Source: Reclinomonas americana ATCC 50394
Taxonomy: Eukaryota
NCBI GenBank assembly: GCA_048213135.1
Contig: PS015071.1
Coordinates: forward strand, 124,555-188,554
Reading direction: 5' to 3'
DNA: 64,000 nt
The position numbers were made by a program, and so were the translations under genes. How positions within the stretch are numbered: the stretch's first letter is position 1; each line of letters starts with the position of its first letter. The notes under the pieces were generated by a model. It searched no databases. It worked only from the letters and a program-made list of their open reading frames with translations, and had not been told where the DNA came from. Shown piece by piece: positions 1-12,544 of this stretch.

Positions 1-280
1 GGAACAGGGGGAGGGACAAGGAACAAAGGGAAGGAACAGGGGGAGGGGGAAGGGACAGGGGGAAAGGAATGGGGAAAGGAATGGGGAAAGGAATAAGGGA
101 GAGTGTGAGAAGCGAGAGAAAAAGGAAGAGTGAAGCGAGAAGGCAGAGGACGATGAACAATAGAGAGATGGAGACAGCAGATGAACAAGGAGAGAGATGG
201 CAAAGCAGAGCAAAAAAGCAATCATCTATAGCAGGCAAGCATCACTCTTCTGTGTCTGTTCGCAAAAGCTCGCACGCAAC

Positions 281-1324
281 AGTAGTTAGGGACTGGATCC
301 GGTGGGAAGCCGGCAGAGTGGGTCTACAACGATGCATGCACGTAAGTGACAGCGGCTGAGAGATTAGCGAATGTATACTCAGCGCTCACCATGACATTCG
401 TGACGGTGATGGAGGCCTTGCCATTGACAGCAAACTGCGGTCCGAGGAGGCGCGGATCCGCAATCTTCCAGTCTGCGGAGAACAGCTGTTAATAAATGCA
501 GCACGAGGAGCTGATGAATTACGCACGAAAGATGCTCACCAAGGCCAAGCTCGCCGCGCTGCACGAATTGCGCGACAGCCGTGGTAGTGCTGAGCACCTT
601 GGTGCACGAGGCCATGTCGAAGAGGGTCTGTCACGCGGGGATGAACGGTGAGAAGACGACACAAGCATGCATTGTAAGCTCGCTCAATGTTCTTCTGCTC
701 GTTTCCCCACTCGCTGCGCTTGCTGCTCGTTTCCCCCACTCGCTGCGCTTGCTGCTCGTTTCCCCCACTCGCTGCGCTTGCTGCTCGTTTCCCCACTCGC
801 TGCGCTTGCTGCTCGTTTCCCCACTCGCTGCGCTTGCTGCTCGTTTCCCCACTCGCTGCGCTTGCTGCTCGTTTCCCCACTCGCTCTCGCTGCGCCTTGC
901 TCATTTCCCAGTCGCTGCGCTTTGCTGCTCGTTTCCTAGTCGCTGCGCTTGCTGCTCGTTTCCCCCACTCGCTGCGCTTGCTGCTCGTTTCCCCCACTCG
1001 CTGCGCTTGCTGCTCGTTTCCCCCACTCGCTGGGCTTCCGCTCGTTACCCATTCCATGCGCTTGCCGCTCGTTTCCACGCTTTCGCTCTTCTGCACATTT
1101 CCCGCACACACTATCGCTGCTGCTCTCCATCTCTCTCTTTTCTGCTCCCTCCCCCTCTCCTCTCCCTCTCCCTCTCCCTCTCTCCATCACCTTCCCCACC
1201 ACACACCTCATTCACATCCATTGCCGGATTGGTGCCCGTGACCGGCGCCGGCTGCCCATACGTGAAATGCCCGACTGCATGCGTAAACAAGAGGCCGCTG
1301 GCATTGCCGACCGCAGCCACCGCT
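281..1324 (-). CDS. Beta-lactamase-related serine hydrolase (SxxK family), partial; exons 1324-1207, 627-540, 472-390, 323-281
   Basis: Spliced translation AVAAVGNASGLLFTHAVGHFTYG...MDVNE|TLFDMASCTKVLSTTTAVAQFVQRGELGL|DWKIADPRLLGPQFAVNGKASITVTNVM|THSAGFPPDPVPNY. Has the F-x-x-A-S-x-x-K catalytic motif and the THSAG motif. The start lies in the N-gap at 1325 and the 3' end is off-window. Confidence 0.85.
694..1077. repeat. Intronic minisatellite, about 13 copies of a 27-29 bp unit CTCGTTTCCC(C)(C)ACTCGCTGCGCTTGCTG
   Basis: Head-to-tail copies without spacers, differing mainly in C-run length. Lies within intron 628-1206 of the serine hydrolase gene. Confidence 0.95.
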
Positions 1325-1367
1325 NNNNNNNNNNNNNNNNNNNNGCTGCGCAATCATCGTCAATAAA

Positions 1368-4300
1368 ATGGCGTCCTTTGCCTTGCGCGTCCGTGCAACC
1401 ATCGACGACCGCGCGCACTCTGTCACGCTCTCGCGGGACACTGCTGCGGGGATAATCCAGCTCGGCTCGACCTTGTCGGAGGCCGTGGAAGTGGCCGAGA
1501 TGCTGTTGGCGCGCTCGTGCGGCCGCGCCGGCTTTAATGTGCGCGCGGTGCAGGCGCCGGTTCCGTTTGCGCTGGAGCATGTGGGCGAGTTGACGCTGCG
1601 GCAGTTGGGCTTGCGTAGTGGCATGGAGCTGGTTGTGAGTGGCGAATGCACTTCTGATGACAATGTTCCGATGGCGACAAGCAGCAATGCTGTTGTTGCG
1701 GACGATGCTTTGGCGATTAACGATGGACGTGATCAGGCTGGCGATGTGGAGTCCTTTGATGGTGTGCTGGTGGCATTGAAAGCGGCGGCCAGTGACCCGC
1801 GTGCGACTGTTGTCGATGATTTGTTGCAGCAACTGGCGGAGAATTTGCGAGGCAGTTCGCGGCTGCGTCGGCGCATGATGGATGAGCATGGTGTGCCGGT
1901 GGTGGATCAGGTGCTGCGCAAGTTGTTTGAGTCGCGGAGCACTGTCGATGCCGTGTGTGCCGTCATTCGTGCCAACACACGTTGCGTTCCGGTGTCTTTT
2001 TTTGCAGTCGATCAGTAGCGCGCGGGTGTTTACCCTTTCCTGCAGTGGTGTTGGGCGACTTCCGCGACTGGGCGGCCGTCAATGTCAAGCCGCTGTACTG
2101 GAAGTGTGTGCCGCTGCTGGTCGACGCCATGCAACGGTATCACGAACACGCCGGGACGTGCGAGGCCGTGTGTGCGACACTGAGTCCGTTGGTGGCGAGT
2201 TGCGTCCTCGTGCCTGCGCTGTGTTTGTACGCGTCGTGTGTGACCCTGATCCTCCTCCTCCTCCTCCTCTCTCCCTCTTTCCCCCTTCTTCTTCTTGTCC
2301 TCCTTCTCCTCCTCCTCCTCCTCCTCCTCCTCCGCCTTACACCATCATCGACAGGTGGCAAGTCGGTGCCGCTGAAGAGTGTGATCGACGGCGGTGGAGC
2401 CGATCGCTTGATGCCCATTCTCCGCGAGCATCGCGTGGTGGCCGGCACCGTCATGTGGGCCAGCACGCTGATGGCTGACATTGCTGTGAGCGGTGCGTGT
2501 TTGCTTGTGTCTTTTTGCGCTCATTATCTCACGCCTCCTCGGACGCTGCAGATGAAGAAGCTCGCAATCGACTGGTCGCCAGTGGCGCCGTGGAACTCAT
2601 GTTGGAGTTGGCCCGTCATTTCACTGCCGTCGACCGCAAGACGCTGGCACAGATCTTGACTGCTCTCTCCAGTCTTCTCCAGCGTGCGTTTTGCGTGCAC
2701 TCTGCTTCCGCCTGGTCGCTGCTCACCGCTTTTTTCGACAGTCGACAGTTACAATGACGACGACGAGGAGGAGGAGGAGTACACTGAAGCGCAACGGAGG
2801 TTTGCTGACTCGAACGGCGTGGCCACGGTTGTCGAGACGGTGCTGCCACACTTGGAGGATCTGGAAACAATGCGCGCTGCGTCGTTTGTACTCGACGTGT
2901 TGGGCGGTACGTTGTGCAGTTCTCAGCATCCCGCTCCATTTTGTTTGTCATCACGCACGAGAATTCCTCCAGCTCCCGGAATGGCCGAGCCCATGAGCCT
3001 GACGGGGGGCATGAACTTGCTGGCTACCATTCTGCGCCTGCATGCAAGTGACGGTCACGTGGCGAGCATGACGGCGGACAACATTGCGAATGCTCTCGAA
3101 AGTTGTGATTCCTGCTCTTTGTGGATCACTTGCTTTTTTCGCTGTCTTTCTAACGTCCCCACTCCGGTTTGCAGTACACGCCAACCGCGCTGCCTTTCTC
3201 GAGGCCGGTGGCATTGCTGCACTGGCCGCCACCGTTAAAATGTACTCGGCAGAGCCAGGCATCGTTAGCCCGGCCATTTGCCGATGCCTGCCTCTCGTGC
3301 TCGCAGGTATTCCTCTCATTTTTTGAGCTGCCTGCTGTCATTTCCGTGTGACCACAATGGCGCGCGGGATTCTCTCTCGCTCGCAGACGACGCACATCGT
3401 ATGGAGTTTTCCGCGGCTGGTGGCATCCCGCCGCTGATTGCACACCTGGCCGAGTGCGACGTAGACGATTTGCACGCTGCGGTGCTGGCGGTGTACGCGG
3501 CAGTCGGTGATCGTACGTTCACTTGTTCGCTTGCATTCTCGCGCCAGGCATGTGAGCTCACGCAGGTCACAGTGGTTGAATGCATCGTCGCCTTCCTGGA
3601 GGACGGCGGGCTGCAGGTGCTCGTCGACCGACTGGCCGGCATTGATGACCCGGATGCCGCCGATTTGGCGCGCGATGCGTGCCTCGTCGTCGATCGGTGC
3701 CTTGTCGGTTGCGTTCTTTTTTGTGAAGAGGGGGTTCGTCTGTTGCATGGTGCCGACTGTTTGCGCGCAGCGTGCGCCGATGTGCGCCAGGAATTCGGCG
3801 AGGCCGATGGAGTTCAAGCCATGGTCGGATTGCTCCATCTGTTCTCGCCAGATCCTGTCACCGCAATGGTTGTTTGTGCAGCCTTGCGTTCTGCTCTGCG
3901 GGGTGCGTGTGCGTGTGTCTGTGTGTGCATTTGCTTCTTCTGTCGTTTCCGCACGCTGCTCACTATCCCTCCCCCTCGCGCAGCTTGTCCCGAGAATCGC
4001 GAACGGTTTGCGTTGGCTGGCGGGTGCGACGTCCTTGTGCAAGTGCTGAACTTGCACGTTGATCATCTTGATGCTCTGCTGGAGGCTTGTCAGTTGGCTT
4101 ACTCAGCCACTGCCGGTGTGTGAGAGAGAGAGAGTCATGTGCGGTTACACTGTCCTTGTCAAAGTGCTCACTTGTTGCAAGCAGACTGCAAAATCGGCCA
4201 GAGAGAATTCGGGTCGCATGGTGGCATCCCAGCTCTGTTTGCCATACTCGAGTCACCTGTGGCCACGACTGAGAATCCGCAGTTGCTCAGTGCAGTGGCA

Positions 4301-4746
4301 AACACGTTTGGCTGGGTCGTCAACGGTTTTGCTCGTCATCTCTCGCCTCTACTGCCCATGCCACACACTGCTCACGTCTCCTCCTCTCCCCCCCGCACAG
4401 TGAGTACCAATGCCGACTCTATTGTCGCTGCCAATGGTGCTGCCGCCCTGCTGCACCTATTTGATATGCTGGAGGATGATGTGTTGTGTGTCGCCATGCT
4501 GCTGGAGACAGTGACCTCATGCTGCTCGACGGATCGCGGTTTGTTTTATTGTGCTCGCACTGCGTATTGCCGTCTCTTCACACGATGCATTGGGATTGCG
4601 CCGCAGCCTCGGTTGCGCGACGCCAATTCGCCGCCGCCGGGGTGTGGAGCAGAGTGCTCGGTGTCATGCGGCGGCACATTGACGACCCCAAGCCGACCAT
4701 GGCTGCATGCTCGACGACAATCAGCTTGCTCAATGGTATGTGGATT

Positions 4747-4793
<47 letters not shown>

Positions 4794-5565
4794 GTGAGGA
4801 CGACTGTGTCTCTCACTCTCCGACGGCTGCAGCAAGCAAAGACAATGCGGAGGCATTTGTCGAAGCCGGGGGCATTGAGGCCGTGGTGGGCGTCTTGCGT
4901 GCCCATGCGGATCATGCCGGCGTGATGGGCAACGCGTGCGGAGCATTGTGGAACTGCATGATTGGTTTGTCTGTGTCATGTACACCAAAGAGGCTGCTCA
5001 ATAGCAGTAACTAATGGGGTACGAGCGCAGCCTTCCCGGCCAGCAAGCATCGATTTGGAGAGCTGGGTGGTATGGAGCTGCTGGTGTCCACGCTGCGGCA
5101 GCATGTGGACTCGTCGATGGTGGTGCACACTGGCTGCGGCGCCGCGTGGCGTGCGCTAATTGGATCCGAGGAGAACCAAGTCCGTTTTGGCAATGCCGGC
5201 GGCATGGAGCTCCTGGTCACGATGATGCAGAAGCACGGCGACGATCTCGAAACGGCAGAAAACGTCATTGGCACCGCATGGAAAGCCTGCTGTTCGTATC
5301 TTCCATGCGTGTCTTGTGGTAGTACCGTTGCAACGGTGGTTGACAATGCTGTTGCGCAGTGGTACTGGAGAACCTGCAGCGCTTCGAGGCCGCCGGTGGC
5401 ATGGCCGAAGTGAAGACCATCTACAAGGCTGCACAGCGTGCGCGAAACGACACGGTGGCCACGTTGGCGTATGTGGTTGGCGAGAAGCTGTTCCGCGATG
5501 ATGACGTTGGCGGCGGCAACGACGTCGATAGCAGCAGCAGCACGACCGACGACGATGAAAATTGA
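1368..5565 (+). CDS. Armadillo-repeat protein with a probable N-terminal ubiquitin-like domain; 17 exons
   Basis: Repeated ARM signatures (NRAAFLEAGGIAAL, FSAAGGIPPLI, NRERFALAGGCDVLV, NAEAFVEAGGIEAVVGVLRAH...GNACGALWN, ENQVRFGNAGGMELLV). The N-terminal region ends in TLRQLGLRSGMELVV, which resembles a Ubl. Sixteen GT-AG introns keep the frame to TGA at 5563-5565. Confidence 0.85.
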
Positions 5566-5608
5566 ATGACAACAAAAGACAAGTCTTTTTTTTGAGTCAG
5601 ACAGAGAC

Positions 5609-6117
5609 ATGGCATCCTCGTCATCCGCCGTCCCGATGCAAGTCGACGATGCCAGTGGCGCATCGACAGTGCCGGCTATCGACGAGAGCCTCTACAGTCG
5701 ACAGCTGTATGTCGTGGGCGCAGAGGTACCCAAATCGAGACACACATCCACACTTAACAAGCAATGAGAAGAGACAAAATATGCACGCTGCACTGTGCGA
5801 GACAGTGAGGCAGCACGCAATGCAGGCAGCAGGCAGAGGGATGGAGACAACATGCATGTGTATTTTTAGCATGCGCTCATGCATGCTTCCTCAGGCGCAA
5901 CGGAAGCTGCTGCACGCCAATGTGCTCATCTGCGGACTGGATGGCCTCGGAGTTGAGATTGGTGAGTCTACGCGTGAAGAGGAAACAGAGAGAGAGAGGA
6001 AATCACTCACATTGTGTGTGTGCAGCCAAGAATGTCGCGCTGGCTGGTGTGCGCTCGATCACACGTTGCGTTGTACACTATGTGCACATGTATGTGTCGC
6101 GTTTTTGCAAGGTCGTT

Positions 6118-6157
<40 letters not shown>

Positions 6158-7684
6158 ATCAGTGCAAGACGATGCGGATGTGGTGGTGGCCGATTTGGGC
6201 ACACAGTTCTATGTGCGCGAGGGCGATGTGGGTCGCAATCGGGCGCTGGTGACGGTGCCGCGGCTGGCGGAGTTGAATCCGTATGTGAGGGTGAGTGGGA
6301 AGGGGAAAGGGGAGGAGAAGGGGGTGAAAGGAGAAGGGGAATGCAAGGAGAAGAGAAGGGAGGAGAAGGGGATGCAAGGAGAAGGGGATGAGAAGGGGAG
6401 GAGAAGGAGAAGGAGATGGGGAGAGGAGGGGGAGGAGAAGGGGATGCAAAGAGAGGGAGGGGAGGAGAAGGGGATGCAAGGAGAGGAGAAGGGGATGTAA
6501 GGAGAAGGAGAAGGAGCAGGGAAAAAGAAGGATAAGGGGACCTGGAGAGCGGAGGTGGTGTGATAAGAGTCGCACAAGGAGAACTGGAGAGGCGGAGAGG
6601 CGAGCTGCGGCAAGAGACGACAGAAGAGACATTGACACCGATATTCGGCGTTCTCGCAAGGAACACAGCGCCGGTTATAATCCTCAGAAACAGACCTGTC
6701 ATGCATTCCATCCTCCTGCAGTCACTTGTCTTCTATCTCTCCTCCTGGCTGCTTCCTTTTCCAACTCAGCAGTTCCGTCTCTTCTCGTTCTCGTCTTCTT
6801 CCCGTTCGACACCATTGAATTAACTTTCTCTTTTCCTCTTCTGTTGTCTTTTCTGCCCTAATCTTTCTGCTGTTGTCTCTTGTTTCTCTTGTCTCCTCTT
6901 GCCTTCTCTTCTCCTTTTCCCCTAACCCTTCTGAGAGCTTTCTCTCTTCTCTTGTCTCCTCTTGCCTTCTCTTCCCCTCTTCATTTCCCCCTTCTCAACG
7001 TCCCGCTGCACCTTGCCTTGTCTTTTTCTCTTCTCTTTCTTTTCTCTTCCTCTTCCCCTCTCCTTTCCCCCTTGCTGGACCTCGCCTTCTCTTTCTCCCT
7101 TCTCTTTCTTTGTCCTTCTCTTCCCCTCTCAGAGAAGTGCAAGCAGAACACAGTCGCAGACACTCTTCTCACATTGTGCGACGACTCAACAATCCCTCCC
7201 TCCCCTCATCCTTCCCCCCTTGTCCCCTTCCAGATCGAGCACTGCGCCGCTCAACTCCATGAACTGCCGCTGGACTACTTTTCACGATTCAAGTGCGTGG
7301 TCATTGTCGGCCAGCCGGTGCACAAGCTGTTCCGTATCAACGTGCACTGCCGCGAGTTGCGCTCCTTTCATCTCCCCCATTTCGAATCCCACTCTTCATT
7401 GCTAAATGTGGTACAGAAATGGAGTGGCGTTCATCGCCTGCCAGTGCCGCGGCGTGTTTCTGCAGGCGTTCAACGATTTTGGCGACGACTTTTACGTGTA
7501 CGACCAGGACGGCGAGGAGGCCGTGGAGATCTTCCTGCGCTCCATCTCCAACAGCGATCCCGGTGAATGCTGCGTACTCGAGCATCACCGGCACGGTCTG
7601 AGTGACGGCGATGTGGTGCGTTTCTCCGAAGTGCACGGCATGGTGGAACTCAACAGCACGGAGCACGTCGTCAAGGGTGAGTTC

Positions 7685-7764
<80 letters not shown>

Positions 7765-10700
7765 CGGAACTGGCATTCACCGCCTCTGTGTGTGTGTGTG
7801 TGTGCAGTCATTGATGCACAGACGTTCAGCATCGGGCCGACCGCGCACATGTCGCCGTACGAGCGCGGCGGCGTGGCCACGCAAATCAAGCAGGGCAAGC
7901 ACGTGAACTTTGTTGCGTTCGTGTCTCCCACGCTTCCACCCCTAGCTTTCCTCCATGGCTGACTTGTCCTTTTCCTACTTCTTCTCCGTCTTTCCTTTTT
8001 ATATTCTCTTTGTCTCCTTTCTTCTTCTCGACTTATTCCTCCTCCTCCTGCTCCCTCTCCTCCTGTCCTTTTCCTTCTCCTTCTCCCTCTCTCCCTATAC
8101 GTCTCCCTCTCTCCCCTCTCCCTCACCCTCACCCTCTCCCTCTCCCGCTCCCGCTCCCTCTCCCTCTCCCCTCTCCCCTCTCCCCTCTCCCCTCTCCCTT
8201 TCTCCCGCACGTCCGACAGACGTCACTGGCGCGCTCGCTGGAGACAGCCACCTTGTTTGAGGACTTTATGATTGCCGACTTTGCCAATGTCGACCGCTAC
8301 ATGGTGCTCCACGAGGCGTTCCACGCCGCGGGTCTTGTTGGTATGCCGTGCTGTGTCGATCTTTTTTTATATTTGGCCTTGTCACTCACCACCGTCACTT
8401 CGTCGCAGCTCCACGGCCGTGGAATGCAGAGGATGTCGAAAAAGTCTGCAAAATTATGCCTCACGGCGCAGAGGTGTGGTGACTCGTGTTCCATGGCAAC
8501 ACCTTCTCCTATCTCCTCACGCTCTGCGCGTCGTTGCTCAGCTCTCGGTGGCCGATCGTGCCACAGTGGAGCGCCTGTGCGGCGTGTGGCAGGCGCAGCT
8601 GCAGCCGCTGGCGGCCTTTGGGGGTGGATTTGTCGGGCAGGAGGTCATCAAGGCGGTGACTGGCAAGTTCACGCCGCTGAAGCAGTGGGTGCGTCATATT
8701 GTCCACCGATGTTCGTGCACAAGTGCACACGCAATGGACTCATCATCCTGTTGCACTCTCGCAGTTGTACGTGGATGTGGAGAAAATCATGGCATCCGCG
8801 TCCGTCATGGCGGCCACTGCGCCGCGAGGCGATCGTCTCGACCACCTGCGCCTGTGCATCGGCGACGAGATGGTGGAGAAGCTGTCGCAGGCGCGCCTTT
8901 TCATGGTCGGTGCTGGTGCGATTGGTTGCGAGCTGATCAAGAATTTTGCGTTGATGGGCGTCGGAAGCGGCGAGCGCGGTCTCATTCGAGTCACCGACAA
9001 CGACATGATTGAGCTGAGCAACCTCAATCGCCAGTTCCTCTTCCGTCAGGCGGACATTCAGGTTGAGTCCAACACTTGGTTGGGGGAAGAATGACTGTGG
9101 AGGAGCTGACACCATCGTCGCACAGAAACCCAAGTCGGCGACTGCGGTGGCCGCCGCTCTCGACATCAATCCGCAGCTCCATGTGGCCGCCGATGTGAAT
9201 CGAGTTGGCGAGGAGACGGAAAGCATCTACACCGACAGCTTCTTCGAGAGCATGGATTGCATTGTGAATGCGCTGGACAATGTGGCGGTGTGTGGCTGAA
9301 CTGTGTGAGTGCGCCACATGATCTCTTGTACCGCTGACATTCTCTCCATGGCACAGGCTCGTCTGTACGTGGACTCGCGGTGTGTGGCCGCCGAGCGACC
9401 GCTGCTGGAGAGTGGCACGCTCGGCACGAAGGGGCACACGCAGATCATTGTGCCGCACCTCACCGAGTCGTACGGCAGCCGTCGCGATCCCCCGGAAAAG
9501 GTCGGTAGTGTACTTCTCCTACTCCCATCTCGTCGTGGACGACTCACCGTTGTCTCACGACGCAGGAAGTGCCGTTTTGCACGCTGCGCAGTTTCCCGGC
9601 CGTGATCGATCACACGATTCAGTGGGCACGCGACCGCTTCGAGAACATGTTCAAGAGCAAGCCGGAGGAGTTCTCGGTGGGTCCATCCATGCCTTTCCGT
9701 CCTCTTTCTCTCGTTTCTTTTCTCTGTCTCACACTCCGCGCAGCGCATGCTGAGCGACCCCGATGCGTACGTGCGAGAGATGCGCAGTACGAGCGCCGAA
9801 GGAGCGCGCAATGCACGCTTTGTGGAGCGCCTGTGCCGCAAGTTCCCCCGGTCGTTTGCCGACTGCGTGCGCTTTGCCCGACAAAAGTTCGAGCGCATGT
9901 TCAACCACGCCGCCAAGCACCTGCTGACCGTATTCCCGCCCGACAAGCGAATGGAGGATGGAAGTGCGTGGAGGGCGCTTGTCGCCCCTTTCTCTCCGCT
10001 CTTGTCTCTCATCATCGATCGTAGGTCTGTTCTGGACGCTGCCGAAGCGACAGCCGACGCCGCTGGAGTTCGACGTCAACGACGACCTGCATCGCGAATT
10101 CGTCATGCACTGCGCGCTGCTGCAGGCCAGTGTGTTCTCCATTGCCGATGTGCCCGCCGATGTCGAGGCGTTTGTGCGTGAGGTGAGTGTTTGTGTATCG
10201 ACACTTTCTGTGCATCACACAGTGTCTCACTGGAATGTCTGCGTAGTTTGCGCCGACCATCGAAGTGCCGGAGTTTGTGTTCTCCGATGCCAAGAAGGTG
10301 GAGACCGACGAGTCGGTCACCAAGGCGACTGCGGGTTCGTCGTCTTCGTCCTCATCGGCGGCTGATGACTCCACCATTGGAGCCGTGATTGACCGAGTTG
10401 CGTGTGAAGGGGAAAGGAGGGGGAAGGGAGAGGGGGGAAGGAGAAGGGGGAGGGGGAGGAGAAGGAGAAGGGGGAGGAGAAGGAGAGGGAGAGGGGAGAG
10501 GGAAGGGGAGAGAGAGAGAGAGAAGAGGAGAGGGAGAGAAGGAGGAGAGAGAAGAGGAGAGGGAGAGAAGGAGGGAAGATGGACGAGGGAAGTGGAAAAT
10601 AGAAGCAAGAGAGAGAGGGAGAGGAGGAGATGAGAGGGAGAGGAGAAGATGAGAGGGAGAGGAGAAAGGAGAGGGAGAGGGGAGAGGGAAGGGAGAGAGA

Positions 10701-12327
10701 GAGTGGAGAGAGAGGAGAGGAGAAGAGGAGAGGGAGAGAAAGANNNNNNNNNNNNNNNNNNNNNNNNNNNNNNNNNNNNNNNNNNNNNNNNNNNNNNNNN
10801 NNNNNNNNNNNNNNNNNNNNNNNNNNNNNNNNNNNNNNNNNNNNNNNNNNNNNNNNNNNNNNNNNNNNNNNNNNNNNNNNNNNNNNNNNNNNNNNNNNNN
10901 NNNNNNNNNNNNNNNNNNNNNNNNNNNNNNNNNNNNNNNNNNNNNNNNNNNNNNNNNNNNNNNNNNNNNNNNNNNNNNNNNNNNNNNNNNNNNNNNNNNN
11001 NNNNNNNNNNNNNNNNNNNNNNNNNNNGGAAGAAGGACGAGGGAGAGGACGAGGAAGATGGAGAGGAAAGAAGGAACATCAACGATGGAGACGGGATGAG
11101 TGGAATAGGGGCATTGAGAAAAGGAGACAGAAGAGATTGGGGAGAGGAAACAAGGAAAAGGGAGAGTTGACGACTGACGCTAAGGGGAAAGTGAGAAGAC
11201 TGAGCAAGGATGTGGGCCACGACGTCAATCCTCTGCACTCTATTAACATTCTCCCTTATCGTCACAGCTCGCCGCCGCCGCCCCGTCACTACCCCGTGAG
11301 CTGGCGGTGAATCCACAGCCTTTCGAAAAGGTTCGATTGTCAACCGTCCTCGCTTTATTTGTTCCCTGCCATCCTCACGACAGGGGTGCAGGACGACGAT
11401 CGGAACCATCACGTTGACTTTATTCACGCGGCGTCGAATCTGCGTGCGCGGAGCTACGGCATCCAGGAGGCCGATAGGTGCTCATCTCTCGCAGTCCATG
11501 CTGGTGATGCAAACCTTCTCTCACTCCCTTGTCTCTCGCGCAGGGGCAAGACCAAGCGCATCGCAGGTCGCATCATGCCGGCCATTGCCACCACTACGGC
11601 AGCCGTCTCCGGCCTGGTACGCTGACACGAATGTTTGCTCCTTGCTCGTCGTTTTATTTTGTCGCTCATGATTGCGAGTTTGCAGGTGAGCATCGAGTTG
11701 ATCAAGATCCTGCGTGGTGATCCGCTCGAGTCGTACTGGTGTGCGTTCATGAACCTGGCGTTGCCGATGATGAATGTGGTCGAACCGGGTCCGGCACCGC
11801 GTGTTCGCATGTCGAGCCGCGCAACGTTGCGTTCTTTTCTGTCTGTCAGTGGGTGCTGCAAGACGTTCGTGTTGCTGACTGTGTGTGTGTGTGTGTACAC
11901 AGCTTCACGCTGTGGGACACCATCAAGGTGCGCGAGGGCGACATGACGCTGGCCAACTTCCGCCAGTACTTTGAGGTGATTTACTGCGTGCGTGTTTGTT
12001 TGCGTGTTTACGGTCGCTCATCGGATGTGAATAACAACAAAATAGGACAAGTACGGCGTGACGATCAAGTCGTTCACCGAGGGCAATCGACCCGTGTGGT
12101 TCTCCTTTAACCCGAAGCATCGCAAGATGCTGAGCGACAAGTTGCGCTCTCATCTCGGTTATTTGTGTGCGTCTCGCACACATGTTCATCTGCTTGTTTT
12201 ACGCAGGATGAGCAAATTGTGCAAGAGTGTGGGCGACGGCGGCTACACAATGCTAGATGTGGTCGGCGTCGATGCAGAGACAGGCGAAGAGGCCACTATT
12301 CCTCGTGTTCGTCTGTACCTGCGGTAA
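5609..12327 (+). CDS. UBA6: Ubiquitin-activating enzyme E1, UBA6-type; 24 exons
   Basis: [63 protein letters not shown], catalytic Cys (9578-9580) in [61 protein letters not shown]. PFCTLxSFP, GHT, KTKRIAG and VSGL match UBA6 rather than UBA1 as I recall them. E1 identity is near certain; the paralog call is less so. Confidence 0.85.
7687..7762. repeat. (GT)n microsatellite in an E1 intron
   Basis: Perfect dinucleotide run. Confidence 0.95.
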
Positions 12328-12544
12328 TACAAAGGAAAAGCTATCTCGAAGTCGTTGTTCTTGTGGACTCCAGATGCCGATGAGTTTGCGGGGACTGATA
12401 GATGTGCCATGTTTGTTTGATTCAGAAAGGTTGCGATCGGGCCGCTGTCAAGCCATCACCCCTCATGTTGTGTCAAAAAGAATTCTCGCGCACACGTGTA
12501 CTGATTGCGGTGAGCGCGGTGACAGGGCAATGAGGCGGGTGCGC

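Noticed and set aside
694-1077. CRISPR-like array of about 28-bp repeats, and long ORFs over it
   Set aside because: No unique spacers, no cas genes, eukaryotic intron context. The ORFs only reflect a stop-free repeat.
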